DNA of 64,000 bases from Takakia lepidozioides (taxonomy: Eukaryota; Plantae; Bryophyta), in assembly GCA_030704615.1 (NCBI GenBank), contig CM060731.1, positions 76,322,001-76,386,000 of the forward strand, written 5' to 3'. Positions within the stretch are counted from its first letter, which is position 1; every line of letters starts with the position of its first letter. The translations under genes and the position numbers were made by a program. Of this stretch, positions 37,434 to 51,717 are shown in pieces. The notes under the pieces are model-generated. The model saw only the letters and a list, made by a program, of their open reading frames with translations. It ran no database searches and was not told the origin of the DNA.

Positions 37434-40400
37434 CTATTCTGATTTCTTAGCAGCCACGTCCAGGGCCTGCAATCGCTCCACCAGCGGCGGATGCGAGTAG
37501 TGGTATGCTGAATACCATGGATCAGTGTTCATAGCTGACAGATTCTCCTCCTGCTCCCAACCCCCTCAATATGAGAAAAAATCGTCTTCCTTCTGCTAAT
37601 CGCATCTTTTAAGTTGACAAGAACAAACAGTTGAAGGGCTTGGATGTTGGAAGTCTCTGTCTGTAACCAGAGCTCTCAGAAAGGTAAGCCACCAGTCACT
37701 ACAGCAGCCTTCTGGGCTTGCAAATGTCTTACTACGTCCAGTAAGATAATGTTTCCTAGATGCTCAAACCCATCTGATCATGTGCCATATGAACAGCTTT
37801 CCAATATTGATGGAAGTATCTCATGGCAAAGTCTGTCTTTTGCAGTTGTCCTGATTTGATGTGCTGGACACTCATGATACAATATGTTCCCAACAGGCAG
37901 AGCAGTTGGTCAATGTTGATCAATCAGTCCCAGCTATGATGAAGAAACAAGCTTTGTGCATAAACATAATAATGGACATCTACCCTCACTTCCATGACGT
38001 AATTGGGTTAGATTCCTAAGGCACTGTCTCCTGGGGCTTCACACATGCACATAGAGATGCACACACATCCTCTTTGAAAGAGGGTTAGTTAGTGCGATGC
38101 ACCTACTGAGATAACATGGCGGCTGAGCGAGTTTAGAATAACATCCAGTTAAGTGAGCATCCTGGAAGAAGGGAGTGAGAGCTAACCTGTAGCTTGATTA
38201 GGCCTGCACGCAACGGTACAGCATAGCCCAGCTTCCGAGCAAAAGCATCAGCCTGTCCCACACAAGAATCAACCTTAACATCACTGGGCTGACAACATCA
38301 ACACAAATGGAAAAGTAAGAGACACGAGTGAATGTGCAGCAAATCCAAAATCAGAGATCTCACCCACCTGGAATTCGAAGGCCCGGCTAACGAGGTTGAG
38401 ACCAAAGCTCACCAGATGATGGAGAGGCATTATGGTATGCTGCCCCAATGAATGCACCCAAGAACCCAAGTTAACTCTCCGCCTGTGAATGGCCCACAAT
38501 TGGCACACAGATTCTACCCTACAACATTATGCTTATATCATAAGTAAAGGTTCTCTTCCCACCTTGTGTCTTGGCAGCATTTCTCACAGCTAGTCTAATT
38601 GAGCCAAGTGCCTGGGCTTAGGAGAGAAAGTGGATCAAGCTAACCCATTTTTATTCAAAAGAGGGTTCAGCAGATAATCAGTTGTATCACCTGTCCTAAG
38701 TTATACATTTATGTGTGGTACTTTTATTTTCAGGAGAGGCTACGAAGAACTTTGCAAAATTTTAGCATATATAGCAAGTGATGACTGATAGTGAGGTAGT
38801 GAATGGAATAGCAGGAAGAGGGTCAGGCAGGAAACCTGAAAAAGGAGGAGACCAATGAGCACTGGCTGCGAGGAGAAACCAAAACTACGGAACAGATCAG
38901 TTGAGTTCCGCACCAGTGTGTACCCTCCAAATTGTAATAGTGTCAGCACCTGCAGACAGAGTACTTGCCCATTCAACATATCAAGAACAACAAAGCAAAC
39001 GCCCCCTAATCCCAAAAAATTATAGCCCTCCCCGCCACTATTACTGTATACTTCCACCTTTACCATCTCTCATTGTTACTCTACAGATACAAAGGGTCCA
39101 AACAACCAGAAGGCACTCATCAAACCTGGTGAGGACAAAAGGAAGGCACCACTCTGATGTGGTAAAAATATTGATGACCTGGCATTTCCTAGTTCTAGTG
39201 CATGCGAAACCTGTGAAAAATGAGTGAAATAGGTGAAGAAAGGGACCTGCATGGCGATGAAAGAGTACATCGTGTGACTTAGTTTCCAGTGGCCCAGTTC
39301 ATGTGCTATAACTGCCACCACCTCGTCCTCATTCTTACACTGTACGTAGTAGCCCCACATTAGACACACCTGCTGCATCTACCACCTTACAGAGAATAGG
39401 ATGACAGGCCCATTCCTCCCTCAGTTAGACACTGAAAGGAGCTAACAAATGACCACATTTGAGACTGCATCCACTAATCCTCAGTGAAAAGCGCATGTTA
39501 AAAGACCTCCATCAAATATGTGCCCTCCTTCAAAAGCTACTCTGAAGCCATTGAACTATGTACTGCAAAAGAAGCTGGAGTAAGCACCAAGCCAAACAAG
39601 GAGTGCACCTGAGAAATGAGGGTATCATATAGCACAATCCGTTTGCTGTTGTAGAACCCATACATGTACGCCTGCATCCCCATTCATCCCAACTTAACAT
39701 CTGTAACAGTTCATCCTTTCCTACAAGAACCCATGCAATGGAGCAACAGAGAGATGACAGGAGGCAATAGGAGAACGTCTTTATGAGGGTCACAAGAAAA
39801 TGAATGAAAGGGGGCATCTGCCTAGCACAGATAAGTTCCAAGTTCTCATAGCTTGTGCTCCCGCACAACAAGTACGCCTATGTCGTGAGAAGCTACGCAT
39901 GCATACAACCAAAACACATGACAACAAATGAAAAAAGGAGGATGGGGCAAAGAGTATACATTGCTGTGACTGGAGCGGGTGGAGCCATCGATGACAAAGA
40001 GCTTCTTCAATGGAAATTTCAGAGATGATGCTAGATTCTCTATTTTACCCCGTAGTTCCCCTTCAGGCAACTATCTTGGCATCCACCCCATGCCCAGAAA
40101 CAGCACCCACCCACAACTCAGAATCAGCTCCAATTCGCCATTCAATAGCTCTAAGGACATTAGAATACTCCACCAATTCACACTCCAAGAGAGGCCCAAT
40201 CAAATCTTATCAACTTCTAGATACATATCTGGGCTCGCGATGAAAGAGGCAATTCTGTAACTATCTCCAAAATGTTTTCATTAAGGTGATTGATTTCTTG
40301 ACATGCCAGTGGGCAGTTGAATCGCTGGCTTTCTAATCACTGAGAGTCACTGTCTGTAAATAGAGAGATTGTCAAAATTGAGGAGCATCTGAACTGTACC

Positions 40401-42487
40401 CTGAAAACCAAATCTTACGGTGAAAGCAAAAGACAGGCGAGAAAAGGAGGTACTGACAGGAGTGAACTTGTTGAAGAGCGGAGCAATAACTATGGGATAT
40501 ACTGCCATCATCACCAGAGATAACAGCAGCATAAAAGTCCATAGATACAATGCAAGGTAGGGACCCCCTTTCTGCACAATGATGATAATCGCTGCCACAA
40601 TGGGTGGTCCCACAGCCACCATGAGACCCAGCCCCATGAGCATATCTCTGAAGTAGAGCCAGACTGTTTGCTGCAACATCCAAAGACACTTTCATAAACT
40701 CATGCCACTCATGAAAAAGTCGCATAATTCCATCAAATTGCGCCGATGCACCACATTCAACAGAATCTGTTTCAATGACAAGAACACTTTGATGAAACAT
40801 AGCACAAAAATCCTAGATCTGGCAGAAACATTGGCATTGACTTAACTGACCTTGTTGAAGCCATGGCGAGCCTCAATGACAAAAGTCGAATACAAAGAGA
40901 AAGGAAGTTCTATCACCTGCACAACCAAACACTCTTAAATTAATCCCCGGGGGATCTTACCAGAGAAAAAACCTGCTGATGTCTATATCGATGGGAACAA
41001 ACTATCCCGACCCACACCTAGACTCACCACACTATTCAAATTTCCTCCCACGTAGATCTTCATCTTAACCCCAATTCCAGAAGAGGTGGAACCATATATG
41101 ACGAGCATCCCACATGTGCCATTGCAACAATAATTCCTCATCTTAGATTACATATCAACCTACTGAAATCCTACACTGAAAACCACTATATACAGAAACT
41201 TCAATAACAGATTATGTACATCACTTAGCTAGAGAATAAGAGGAGTACTTCAGTACCTGTGTCCACAAAGTCGTGACTGCTAGAAACGTAAGTGTATGCA
41301 CAATCTCATTTTGGGGATTCAAGCCCAGTCGCTCAACCAGGGTTTCTGTTTTCTACCCACACCAACCAAGACAATTCGCCACAACATCAACTCTACTTTG
41401 TTCCCTTCTTGTTTCCAGTAAGAAATTCCCAAGTCTATGGATGTGACATGAACCTAGTGATGTCCATCTGAACCACCTCTCAACAGACAGACTACCGCGG
41501 AAGTGATACTAACCAGCCAAAGCCAAGGGAGTAAACCCAATAAGAGGATGGCAGCCTCCTCCACAATGTTCACTGCTGCATGAACAAAATGAAACTGGCT
41601 GCATCCCACCATCACCCCAGAACCCTGCTTGTCAGTCACACAGCCACCTTATTAATTCATCAATTCAACAAGGAGAAGGTATACATCAGGCCTGATGAAA
41701 GACAGAAGAGAACCTTTTATCTAAGCTATAAGCTCGAGCCTTTTGAAATTTCTCTTGGCTGACCACTCCCTTGAGGGGTGCTGGTAAGCTGGGCCGCTTC
41801 AATGCAGCATGCTGCCGAAAGTCCAGGTATGTCTCAAATCCATACATCAACACCATAAATCCTGCCATCCATTTCGACACCAACAATTCAGCTCAAATCG
41901 TCAAAATAAAAGAGAGGGTGACAAAATATAGGTCCAGTTACCAGCCAACATAACCCTGACATTGAAAATAAAACCTATTCCTGGCAGACTGCAACATCAC
42001 CTTTCAGACACACATTAAATGCCGTTCAAGGTTTTCCCACCCACTTTAAGGAGAAGTTACAATCACCTGAAAACCCGGCAACTAAGAAGAACGCTTCGTT
42101 TTCAAGATAATGAACTGTGACGTAAATTCATCTTCCAAATTAACGTCATAAGACCCCTGGAAATTCGAACCCAAGAACCAAAACAGTTACTGACCTCATG
42201 CATCCTCTACACACGTGTACAACCAGTTCATGTACATTTCAAGTTGGGGAGAGGGAGAGCAGCTGACGATGAGTCGTATGACAGGTCGTATGACAGATGA
42301 GAAAGAAACCCATGATCCCTCTATTTCACTCGCAGAAATTTATGCCATAGACCCCGCTCCGGGTCAATGTGTGAGAGCGGGGAGTTCAGTTTCTCATGTG
42401 GATGAAACCAAATGCCCATTTTTCACAAACCGGCGGGGAAGGGATAAAGGGGTTACCAACGACCGATTCAAGATAGGGGAACGCCAT
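37434..42487 (-). CDS. STE24: CAAX prenyl protease 1 (STE24/FACE1, M48 zinc metalloprotease), 13 exons, 424 aa
   Basis: Exons 42487-42457, 41861-41714, 41598-41514, 41352-41257, 40916-40851, 40670-40458, 40070-39960, 39671-39609, 39339-39247, 38949-38836, 38439-38368, 38252-38187 and 37550-37434 are all GT-AG and sum to 1275 nt. MAFPYLESVVG start, STRSSHSNAY, HELGH, EFQADAFA, HPPLVER and a C-terminal KKSE. Confidence 0.97.
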
Positions 42488-42819
42488 GGTTTCTTGCCTC
42501 CTCCACTCATACACTAGACTCCTTGTCGACCCTTCACTATGGCATCCGCCAGCAACGCCCGCCTCCTGTGCAGCTCCTCGTGGACAGAGCGGGAGATCAG
42601 ATGCCCACCTTTCCACACCCCTGCTCCCCCTGCCGTCCTTCCACACTGCTTGCCTTGTCTAGGTCTGCACGACGCGTCTTGGATTAGGGCTTGATCGGAT
42701 TAGGGCTTGATTAGGGTAATTAAGTAAGATACTAGACTAATTAAAATAGAATGATGATATCTTTCAGTCCGAACCTCGTTCTGTTACTAGGCCAGGGAGT
42801 TACTAGGGGAAAAAATAAA

Positions 42820-43249
42820 GTCTGGTATGGATACTGAGAAAATTTTAATCGCTTAAGCAATTGTATCAACACAAATGTGCTAAAGTAATACCAGCTGGTG
42901 TACATACTGGGAGCTGGTATCAACAATTCACTTAAAAAACACTTGATGATGAGTGCATGAGGCACAGCCTTGATTCAAGCCTTGATTGTTCACCCAACAA
43001 TCCACCTATGGCCACCATAACACTCTTTCCTACATCCCCTCAACAAAAATTGATACTAGTCGACGAAGGGTCCCGAAACGCTTGCGACGAGTATCAACAC
43101 TAAACCCTAGCCCTCAACACCAGACTGATATGGTATTGGTCTGTTCTCAGAAACCCTACCCTGGGTATGTAGAATTTAGGACCAGGCTGGTCTGGTCTTT
43201 GATACCAGGGTTGATACTCGGGTCTGATATCCATACCAAACCAACACTG
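42820..43249. mobile_element. Truncated hAT-type MITE end upstream of STE24
   Basis: Ends in CCAACACTG (the same terminus as the other CAGTGTTGG elements), with GATAC/ATACC subterminal repeats. No left TIR; start approximate. Confidence 0.5.
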
Positions 43250-46200
43250 TTTTAAACCTTATGTAAGGTCAACGGTAATCCTTTGTAATCATCATTACCA
43301 AACCTTCGTCCTTCGGCACATTAATCGACCCTAGCGGCCTTCCGAAAAACAATGAAAAACATTGCTTCCTAAGCACCTAGAAGACGATCTATTGTATTGG
43401 AGAGACGACTTGGAGAAGATGAACAAGCAATTGCCCATTGTGTATTGTAAGTCCATTTTCATAAACACAACCTTCCAATGAAGAACACACATAAACATCA
43501 TCATTGTTGTCGAATATCTGTCAACGTTTTCATAAAAGTAAGTTCTTCTTTTAATTGTTATAAATATAGCAATACACATTCATTAATGCATTATATTTAT
43601 AAATAGCTATATAACTTCCGTCAGAATTGGTCGCAAATGGTCAATAATCTAAGTTTGAACAGATGCTAGAAATGTCAATCAACTCATCCACTCCAAGATG
43701 TTGGTGGACCTAAGCTTTAAGTTATAATTGTAGGGATTGTCTCCGACCACATCCAAGTTATGCCAAACCCAATTCAACATGCAATACTTTACTAGTGGTC
43801 TACCCTTTTGAGGCGTTGCAAGAAGAGTACACATGAGATTCACACAATGGCAATAACGGCTTTTCTTGAGTAATACTTTTACAAGAAATTGATGCATCAA
43901 CCTAGCACACTAATCATCTAAGAACTTCACTTTCAATCATATTCACATAAAGAGCTTTTGTACGGTTTTCTATTTGCAATATGAAACAATGTCATTTTTT
44001 TAATGTGAATTAAGATATTGTTAGATGAGATTTTTTTTTTCCAATAAGATTTCCTCTGACACTTCAACAAATTTGAAGGAAAAAATAATTGAAAAAAATG
44101 ATGTTTTCTCCATATGATGAGCTCCATTTGTTATATTTTTGAAGGGCGAAACCGGTGTTAATTGAACTAAGTTTTCATTAAAAGGGCAAAACATGATTGA
44201 CTATAATCATGATCAACATGAACTCAAATGGTGAAATGATAAACTTGCCGTGCATTTGCTACACTCCCACACTTTGCATACATGTCGATAAGGGCAGTAC
44301 CCAAACAGACATATTCTCCTGGATCATACCTTGCCCCTGCTCGGAAATGTGATAAGATTTTACGTTCACATCAACCTCGCAGGTTGGACAATTCACACGC
44401 CACCTACAGGGAACATTAACAAGGAAGAATCGCACTCTGGCCCAAAAGTGTTTCCGGACAAAATTCCTTCCCTCACATATATTTGCATGGTCCCACGTGG
44501 ATATGTGTAGGGTAAAGCCTTGGCACGAGGCCATTACATGGTTCGAGGCTAGGTCGAGGGTGCTAGATTCGTATAGTTTACTGAAGTCGAAACGGCGGTG
44601 AACATCTTCACCAAGTATCTTGAACCGAAGGTCAATCTTAAAGCAGCAAGATTGTCATCAATCCAACTTCTAAAGCATTCAATTGTATATGAAAATTGTG
44701 TGCTTTATCGGCAATGGATTGGAACAAATGCTTAAAATTATAAATTGCATGAGGCAATAAAAGACTACAAACTTCTAGGAGCATTTCAACTGATTAACTA
44801 TCACTCTCTATCGGGGTTTTTTCTCTTTTCTCCTCAATTATCCAAAAACTTCAAGTGTTTGATGTGAATCCTTGTGACTGCATGGGAAGAAGCGTAGTCT
44901 CTAAGTTCCATTAGAATGAAAACCATTCAAAAATATGTCTTTCATATTTCATCCGTCCGGCCGCAAGGTAAGTACAAGGGTGTAGAGAGTGGGGAGTGGA
45001 AAGAGAGTAAAGGAAGGAAGGTGCCGAAGACAACATACCCTTGTTATTGCAAAGCATGGATTGAAACTTAGAGGACCTGCATATTATAAGAGTTGTGGTG
45101 AGCGTTTTCAGCTCACAGAAGCTCGTTCATGCTACACAAATGTATTTCCTTGAGAAAGACCTCCAAATGGGTGTAGGAAGGGCACGGAATAGTGATCATC
45201 AATTTGCACTAACATGATGGCAGTCTGAGCGCAATATCAAAGTCCCCTCTGTACTCCCTGCCTAAAAGTACGTCTATTTTGAAACCTTGAAGTTCTCTTC
45301 TAGTGCCTGTGTAGGAAAGAATCTTAGTTGAGCACATTTGTACCAACATGGGAACCTACGAATCTAGAGTGGCTTACCCGACCACCTACAGCAGCTGGGC
45401 CCAGAAAAGGACTAAGCAACTGAAAAGTAAAACCAAGAAAATGTCAAACCCCATATATCCAAGAAACACAACCCCTAGCCCCAGCCCTTCGTCAATGGCT
45501 CTCTCTGTCCAATCCTTCTGCAGAGCATACCAAGAATTTAGTCCATAAACCCTACTTCAGATAAAACTAACCTGAGGATCGAATTTTGTGCTAAAAGCAT
45601 CTCATTCTACACACTTTAACTTTGGTAACGCATACTATTATACAATGCGTAAAGAACCTCCCAGTCATTTTCTTGTTTGTAGTTGTAGTAGGTTTATCCT
45701 ACTCGTACAAATTCATACTCTTCAAGATGAGTAGATACCATACATAGTTGTCAAAAGGTCTTCAATTATATAGACAAGTGAAAAATAACGCCAAAATTCT
45801 CATTAATTATGTTGTTGCTTCTTGGAAGTTCCAGCATGCACCCACATGGTATGATGAATGATTTCTACGGACATGCCTTTAGAGGAAGTATATATAGCTT
45901 AATACAAATCTGAAGGAGCTGCGGGATAATGCAGATTCAGTATAACAACTGGAACTTTTCTCCCTTCTGTAAAACGTACACAATGTTTGCAACATCATTA
46001 TTTAGCAATTTAAAAGTATGAATTGGTCCCAGGAGTGAGTATAGATATAAATTATACTTTTTAGATACAAATGCGTTACAGTTATTATTTTAGCCGCGAA
46101 ACAAAATATTCCTTCTTTATTCATATATATTAGTGGTTTTTTGCACAACCCCTACAAGTACAACTTCACCTAAAAGGTTGCTATCTACAACTCCCAAAAA

Positions 46201-47624
46201 AATGATGCATATAAATTGGTTATTTAATTTCATGATTAACATTTATAGAAAAAGTTTTTTAGAACTTAATCCCCAACACCTATAGTGATTTGTACACATT
46301 TCTTCCAATGAATATAGATTCATATCTAGCATAAAAACAATTTGATAATTTATGTATTTGCCTGAAAGACTAAATCATATAAAAATAAAATATATTTAAA
46401 AATCTATTGGCTTACATACTTGGATATATAGTTGAGTCATACATGTCTTTATTAACAATAGAACCATTCTTATTTAAAGATAAAGATGTCAATACAAATT
46501 TCCTCCAAGTTTGATTCAGATCAAGATTTTTATTTAATTGAATGACAACTACTAAATTTATATATAACATGTTTGAAAAAATTTATAATGATAGACCATT
46601 TGCCTTACTAATATGTATTTCTACTAAATATACTGACTTTAATTGTTGAATTATATTGGTGAGTTGTTTCATGATACATAAATATTGTTTGAAGAGGACC
46701 TGTCAGTTGTTGTCCAACTAATACGTAGCTAACCTTATTGTAGGTTGCTAATTTAGTTGCTGAGGATAATTATAAATAAAACTCATAATTTAGAAGAGAC
46801 CACTTCGACTATAACTTGAAAGAATTGAGGGTAACTATGTTGAAAGACCAATTACCTCTAATAGCTAATGTTGAACCAAGGGTTTAAAACAATCTATGGA
46901 TTTGGGGCGCTGGAGGTTGATCATGATTCATCTCCCTACTCAGCCCAGCTCTAAAGGGACTCTAAAGTTATCTGAATGTGTCCAAGCTGTAGCACGGTCT
47001 ATATGTCATCTTAACAAAGCAAGTGTGAAGCAAAGTGTCGAGCTCACTGACGAGGAGGAAAACCATTGTGAGAATCGTCGGGATTAGTTAGCTCTCAAAG
47101 TTTGGGACGACGAGATTTCTTTCTGGAAATGGAAGGCGAACATTTGGAGAGAGTCAATGCGGGGAATGAAGAGTGATCATGAAAACGAGGTTATTTTATG
47201 GGCCGCAATCCAACTCAAACTGGTGGCAGACGACGTAATATATCACGCAGCGACAGCTTCCAATCACAAAAGCAAGAAGCGATTTCATATGCCCTCGACA
47301 GCGTTTACCAGATGCGAAGACGACTGGCGAGAGGTTCGGACGCAACTACATTTTCAAGTGTGAAAATGGTGCTACGATGGCCATGCAACCGAAGGCCTGA
47401 ATGATAGGTTATTTCTTCATAAAATGGATATCATATTTTATCAAAGTAGCACAAAATGTCGGTAATCCAATTACTCCAGAGAATGTTGATTATGGACGGT
47501 CATAACAGCCATGTTACCATTCAGGTCGTTAAACAAACGAAAGTCGTGGGGCTAAATCTCAGCACGCTCTCCTCACACACCTCTCATGCACTCCAGCCTC
47601 TTGATAAACTTTTAGTGTTTAAAC

Positions 47625-48417
47625 CAGTGTTGGGCGGGTATATATGTTGGGCCGGGTAATAATCAGGGTATCATACTATTGAGACCCGCCACCCAAATTT
47701 TTGGTGGACCCAGCTTGAGTTGGAACCGGTGAGGGCCATCTCCACCACTTAACCGGCCCAAGCTAGAACCGGTGGGGGGGCAACTTGGCTTACTATATGG
47801 AACATGAGGTGAACCTTGAAAATCAGTCGGGTATCAACTTTTGAATAAGACCTTGAGATTTTATTACAACTGAGCTGCATTCATGGGTAGTAATTATGCA
47901 GCTGCATGGGGTCCACATTGAGAGGTCTGTTAGTCAAAGCTTTTGGAAGAAAACCCCAAAACCTTGATAGTTCATACTATGGAGTTGCTCATTTATTTAT
48001 TTTATTTTATTTTATGTTTTCCCCTTTTCTGGTCCTTTTAATTGTAAACTCTTCATATCTCTTTTTTTCTCTTTTTTCTTTTTTTCTTTTTCTTTCTGGT
48101 CCTCTTAAAGTCTTAGTATATTAACTGAAAATCAGATTAACAAAATTTTCAAGGCCACTGTTCCCTGTTCATTTTTGAAAAAACAAATCGGGTTATATTG
48201 ATAACCGTTGTATAGGACCCGGTGGTATTCCACTTGGATAATGGCATATTGATAATCGGAACTTTTTTTTTTCCGCGACCCTTCTATTGATAACCTCTAA
48301 CCACCACAATTTCCAAACCGGTACATTATGTATAACCGCCTCCATATCGCTTTAAGCAAAGATGCCTTATCTGGAACCTTCAATATGCCCAAATTGAACT
48401 ATACCCGCCCAGCACTG
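47625..48417. mobile_element. Non-autonomous hAT element (MITE)
   Basis: TIRs CAGTGTTGGGCGGGTATA / TATACCCGCCCAGCACTG; 8-bp TSD GTTTAAAC/GTTTGAAC. Confidence 0.9.
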
Positions 48418-48686
48418 GTTTGAACCTTCAAAATGGGCGTGCTAGATTGTGAGCCCAGTAACATGTGCTCGTGAGCTTGACAAAGCTCGCGTGAGCTTTT
48501 ATCCGGAACCTATGGACCTATTACCGCATAAGGACACTTGTTACCGTGGGAACTAGCGCTTGAATGATGTGGAGAACAACACGAATACCACCGTCATTGA
48601 ACACTGTAAGAGCCCCCATTGTTATGGCAATCAGGTACATTGATGCACACGCTTTATCTCTATAAATTTTTATTTATTTATTATTT

Positions 48687-48864
48687 TAGGGCTGGAAAAA
48701 GGGTGTGCATCAACGCACGCATCCCCCCCCCCAACCCTCTCATATCGTCTTTGTTGCCTATTGTATTGTCTAGGTCATTGCCATGTTGCAGTAGAGACGA
48801 TATAAAATGTTTGGGTTGTCGGAAAAAATGCGCGCGTTGACGCACACCCTTTTTCTATGCCCCT
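48687..48864. mobile_element. Small MITE with ~35-bp inverted termini
   Basis: AGGGCTGGAAAAAGGGTGTGCATCAACGCACGCAT versus ATGCGCGCGTTGACGCACACCCTTTTTCTATGCCCCT. Confidence 0.65.
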
Positions 48865-50065
48865 CACCTGGGGGGCTGTTTCAAACACACGCATTTTTTC
48901 CGGCAACCAATCCAATATTGAATTTGAATATATTTTTGGGGATTCGCTGTTTTCTGTGTTCTCCATGTTGTCCTAGAGGCCACTTCACAGTAATAGGGTC
49001 CATGTCCATGAGAATAGGCTCTCTTACCAGTTGATGACTTGGCATGAGCGCAGATTTGTTCCACGTGGGCAAGCGTGAGCGTAGGCTCACGATCTGGGCT
49101 CACGACCTAGCGTTGTCCTTTTCAAAACATCATCCAGGGCTTACCGTGATGTTTGGACAATGGCACACGAGGGAGACACACCCTTGAAGAATGATCTTGC
49201 ACATTGGGTTTCACTCGCTTTGAAAAAAGTGATGAGTCCTGAAAATGTCAAAAAAAGTTTTGCCTTGGTTGGGATCGAGCCTAATCCGGATGCCAAGTAG
49301 AACCGAATGGGACTTAGCGAGGGTTATAGCATGGAGGTCCCGAAGGATGACATCCATCATGATCAGGAAGATGTAAGGATTGCCACCGTTGGCTTGCATT
49401 AAATTGAGGAAATTTTGGAAAATGACATACTCAAGATGCATGCTGAGGTAAGTGCGCACCACTACTTCGTGGATAGAGAGGACGACAATGACTTAACCAG
49501 GTACCGAGCGATTATCCTCCAACCAATCCAGTGACACTAGATCCTCACATGAGCTAGAATAAGTTCTAGGAGCACCCATTCAACAACACTCTATCACTCA
49601 ATTCCTACGTCTGCTACAAATCCCAGTAGCACCTCGAGGACTACTGAATGTAGATGGCTCGAAGCCAATAATTGACTTACAACAAGTCCACTCTCATGAC
49701 CTCATATGAGTAAGTCTTGCTAGCTTTGGAGCAAAAGATCTAGAAGAAGCCATGAGACTCGGGGAGCAGCGTAAAAAAGAACGCAAACTGAATAAACAAA
49801 AGTGTGATGTCGATAAGGTGGAAAAAGAGGAGTAATAGCCCAAAAGGTGGAAGTGCGAGAGGCTAAAAAATATTTCGATAATTTTTGGCCGTCCGCGAAA
49901 AATTGTTTCACGATTGGAGAACGTCTCCATACTGTCATCCAATATCAATTCCATTCCTACCATTGCTTACCGAGGAGTTTCCTATGGATCTGCTCCACCT
50001 ATATGTCGTTGTATAACATGAAAGTGACAATTCAGAAATAAAAAATGACGAAGGCGGGTCTAGAT

Positions 50066-50833
50066 CAGTGTTGGGCAGATATTTGATTATGCCTCAAACC
50101 CCCGGTGGATCCCAACCCGGATATATATATATGTGGATCTGCCGGAGGTCAAAAATTTAAATATCTGCCTTCGTTAGGAACCGCCGGATATGAATAGATC
50201 GGATAACCGGATCCGGTTGAGAACTCGTGGTTTTGTTTTTTTTTTATATTTGTTTTGATCCGGAACTAGTGGCCCACAAGAGGCAGGTTATGAACCTTTA
50301 TATCCGCCCTTTTAACCGGAGGTTACTAAGAGGTTATATGGTTACATAAACGATGTGGCATGAACTAGACCTCTTCATTTCATTTCCACTCATCAGGAAG
50401 GGCAACGTAGGACTTATGAGAGACGGCGAGTTGTGGATCTTGCATGGAATAACGTTGATGAACACCTCAAATATGTTCAACAGTAATATAATTTAGGTCA
50501 GATTATGGTTCAGCTCCTAATGAAACTCTATGATACAAATAACTATATTATTTTTTATTAGTATTTTTACATTAGATTTTTATTTTTATTTCACATCATA
50601 AAATAAACCATGACTTGTTTGATAACCGGATACTGAACCACCGGATGCCATCTAGAGAGAAAGTCCATTTGTCCATAACCACATAGGCTTAAAATTTTAT
50701 ATTTATTGTTAATTGGCAGGATATCAAAAATGAGAAAGCTCCAAAACTCCGGAACCGGAGGATGTGAATACAAAGTCAAAGTGAAACATCCGTAACCGCC
50801 TGATATCAAAAAAATCCAATAACCGCCCAACAC
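50066..50833. mobile_element. Non-autonomous hAT element (right terminus clipped)
   Basis: CAGTGTTGGGCAG ... CCGCCCAACAC, with CCGGAT/AACCG subterminal repeats. Confidence 0.8.
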
Positions 50834-51717
50834 ATCATGGTTCGTCCTTATCGAACCTCCATGGGCACACAAGTGTAAGCACATGTCACCGTCGGGAATA
50901 GGCTCACGACGAGAGAGATTGGTTTTGGTGAAGGGAAAGGTGGTTGGATTACATATACTTGCCGATTAGTTTTGGGATTACATCCATGAGTGTTGGACAT
51001 TGAGGAGAAGATTTGTTTATTCTCTAATAGCGGTTAGTTTTTCAGATCATAAATGTCCGTTCTCAATGTTTTCAATCAGGCCAGGGACACATCTCGTAGT
51101 CACACCCAAGGATGCTTTGATCAGCGTCAGATGCTTAAAGCTCCGTAAATAGTCAAGTTTATGTAACTAATGAGTAGTGTAACTAAATGAAATGGTGCAT
51201 GTTACTCTGCAGCTTAATCAGTAAAGTGACAAATGATGCACACCTCTTGGGCACCATGCGCTCCAGATTCAGTGCATTCAAGGATTCTTCTTCGTTTTCA
51301 TGTTGAATATTCACCAATATTACATATGACTTTGGATTTGTTTTTCAATAAATTTCATTTTCTTGTGCCCACATCGAAAATATATGACAACACTGCACAC
51401 CTGAAATTGCCTGCATAAAAGAGCCATTAATAGGTTTGTCTACCTTAGTGCCTGTTACAAATCGTGGTTTGGTAGAGTTGATGTCAGGTTCTTTTCCTGC
51501 CCATAAGTCATTGTTTGATGGAACAATGTTGAAATGACTGGCAATAAGGCAAAACTCTGCAAAGTTCGGAAATCCTAACAGTGAACTATGTCTGTTGCTG
51601 TGGATCTACTCCTGAACTTGTGGGGGAAAAAAAAAAGGAGAACTTGTGGGTTTGAATGTATTGGGATTGCTGATGTTAGATAGATTCGCAAGCTACACGA
51701 ATCTAGCATCTGAAGCA

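Larger units (their letters stand above)
47345..50060 (+). mobile_element. pogo-like DDE_1 transposase remnant interrupted by nested insertions
   Basis: YIFKCENGATMAMQPKA*M..LIMDGHNSHVT..SHTSHALQPLD..VFKP|hAT insertion|FK. Further degenerate, charged coding-like sequence at ~49280-50050 is assigned with less certainty. Confidence 0.7.

Noticed and set aside
43260-46900. Old transposase or RNase H fragments
   Set aside because: Only a weak NIFTKYL similarity near 44600; too degenerate to call.
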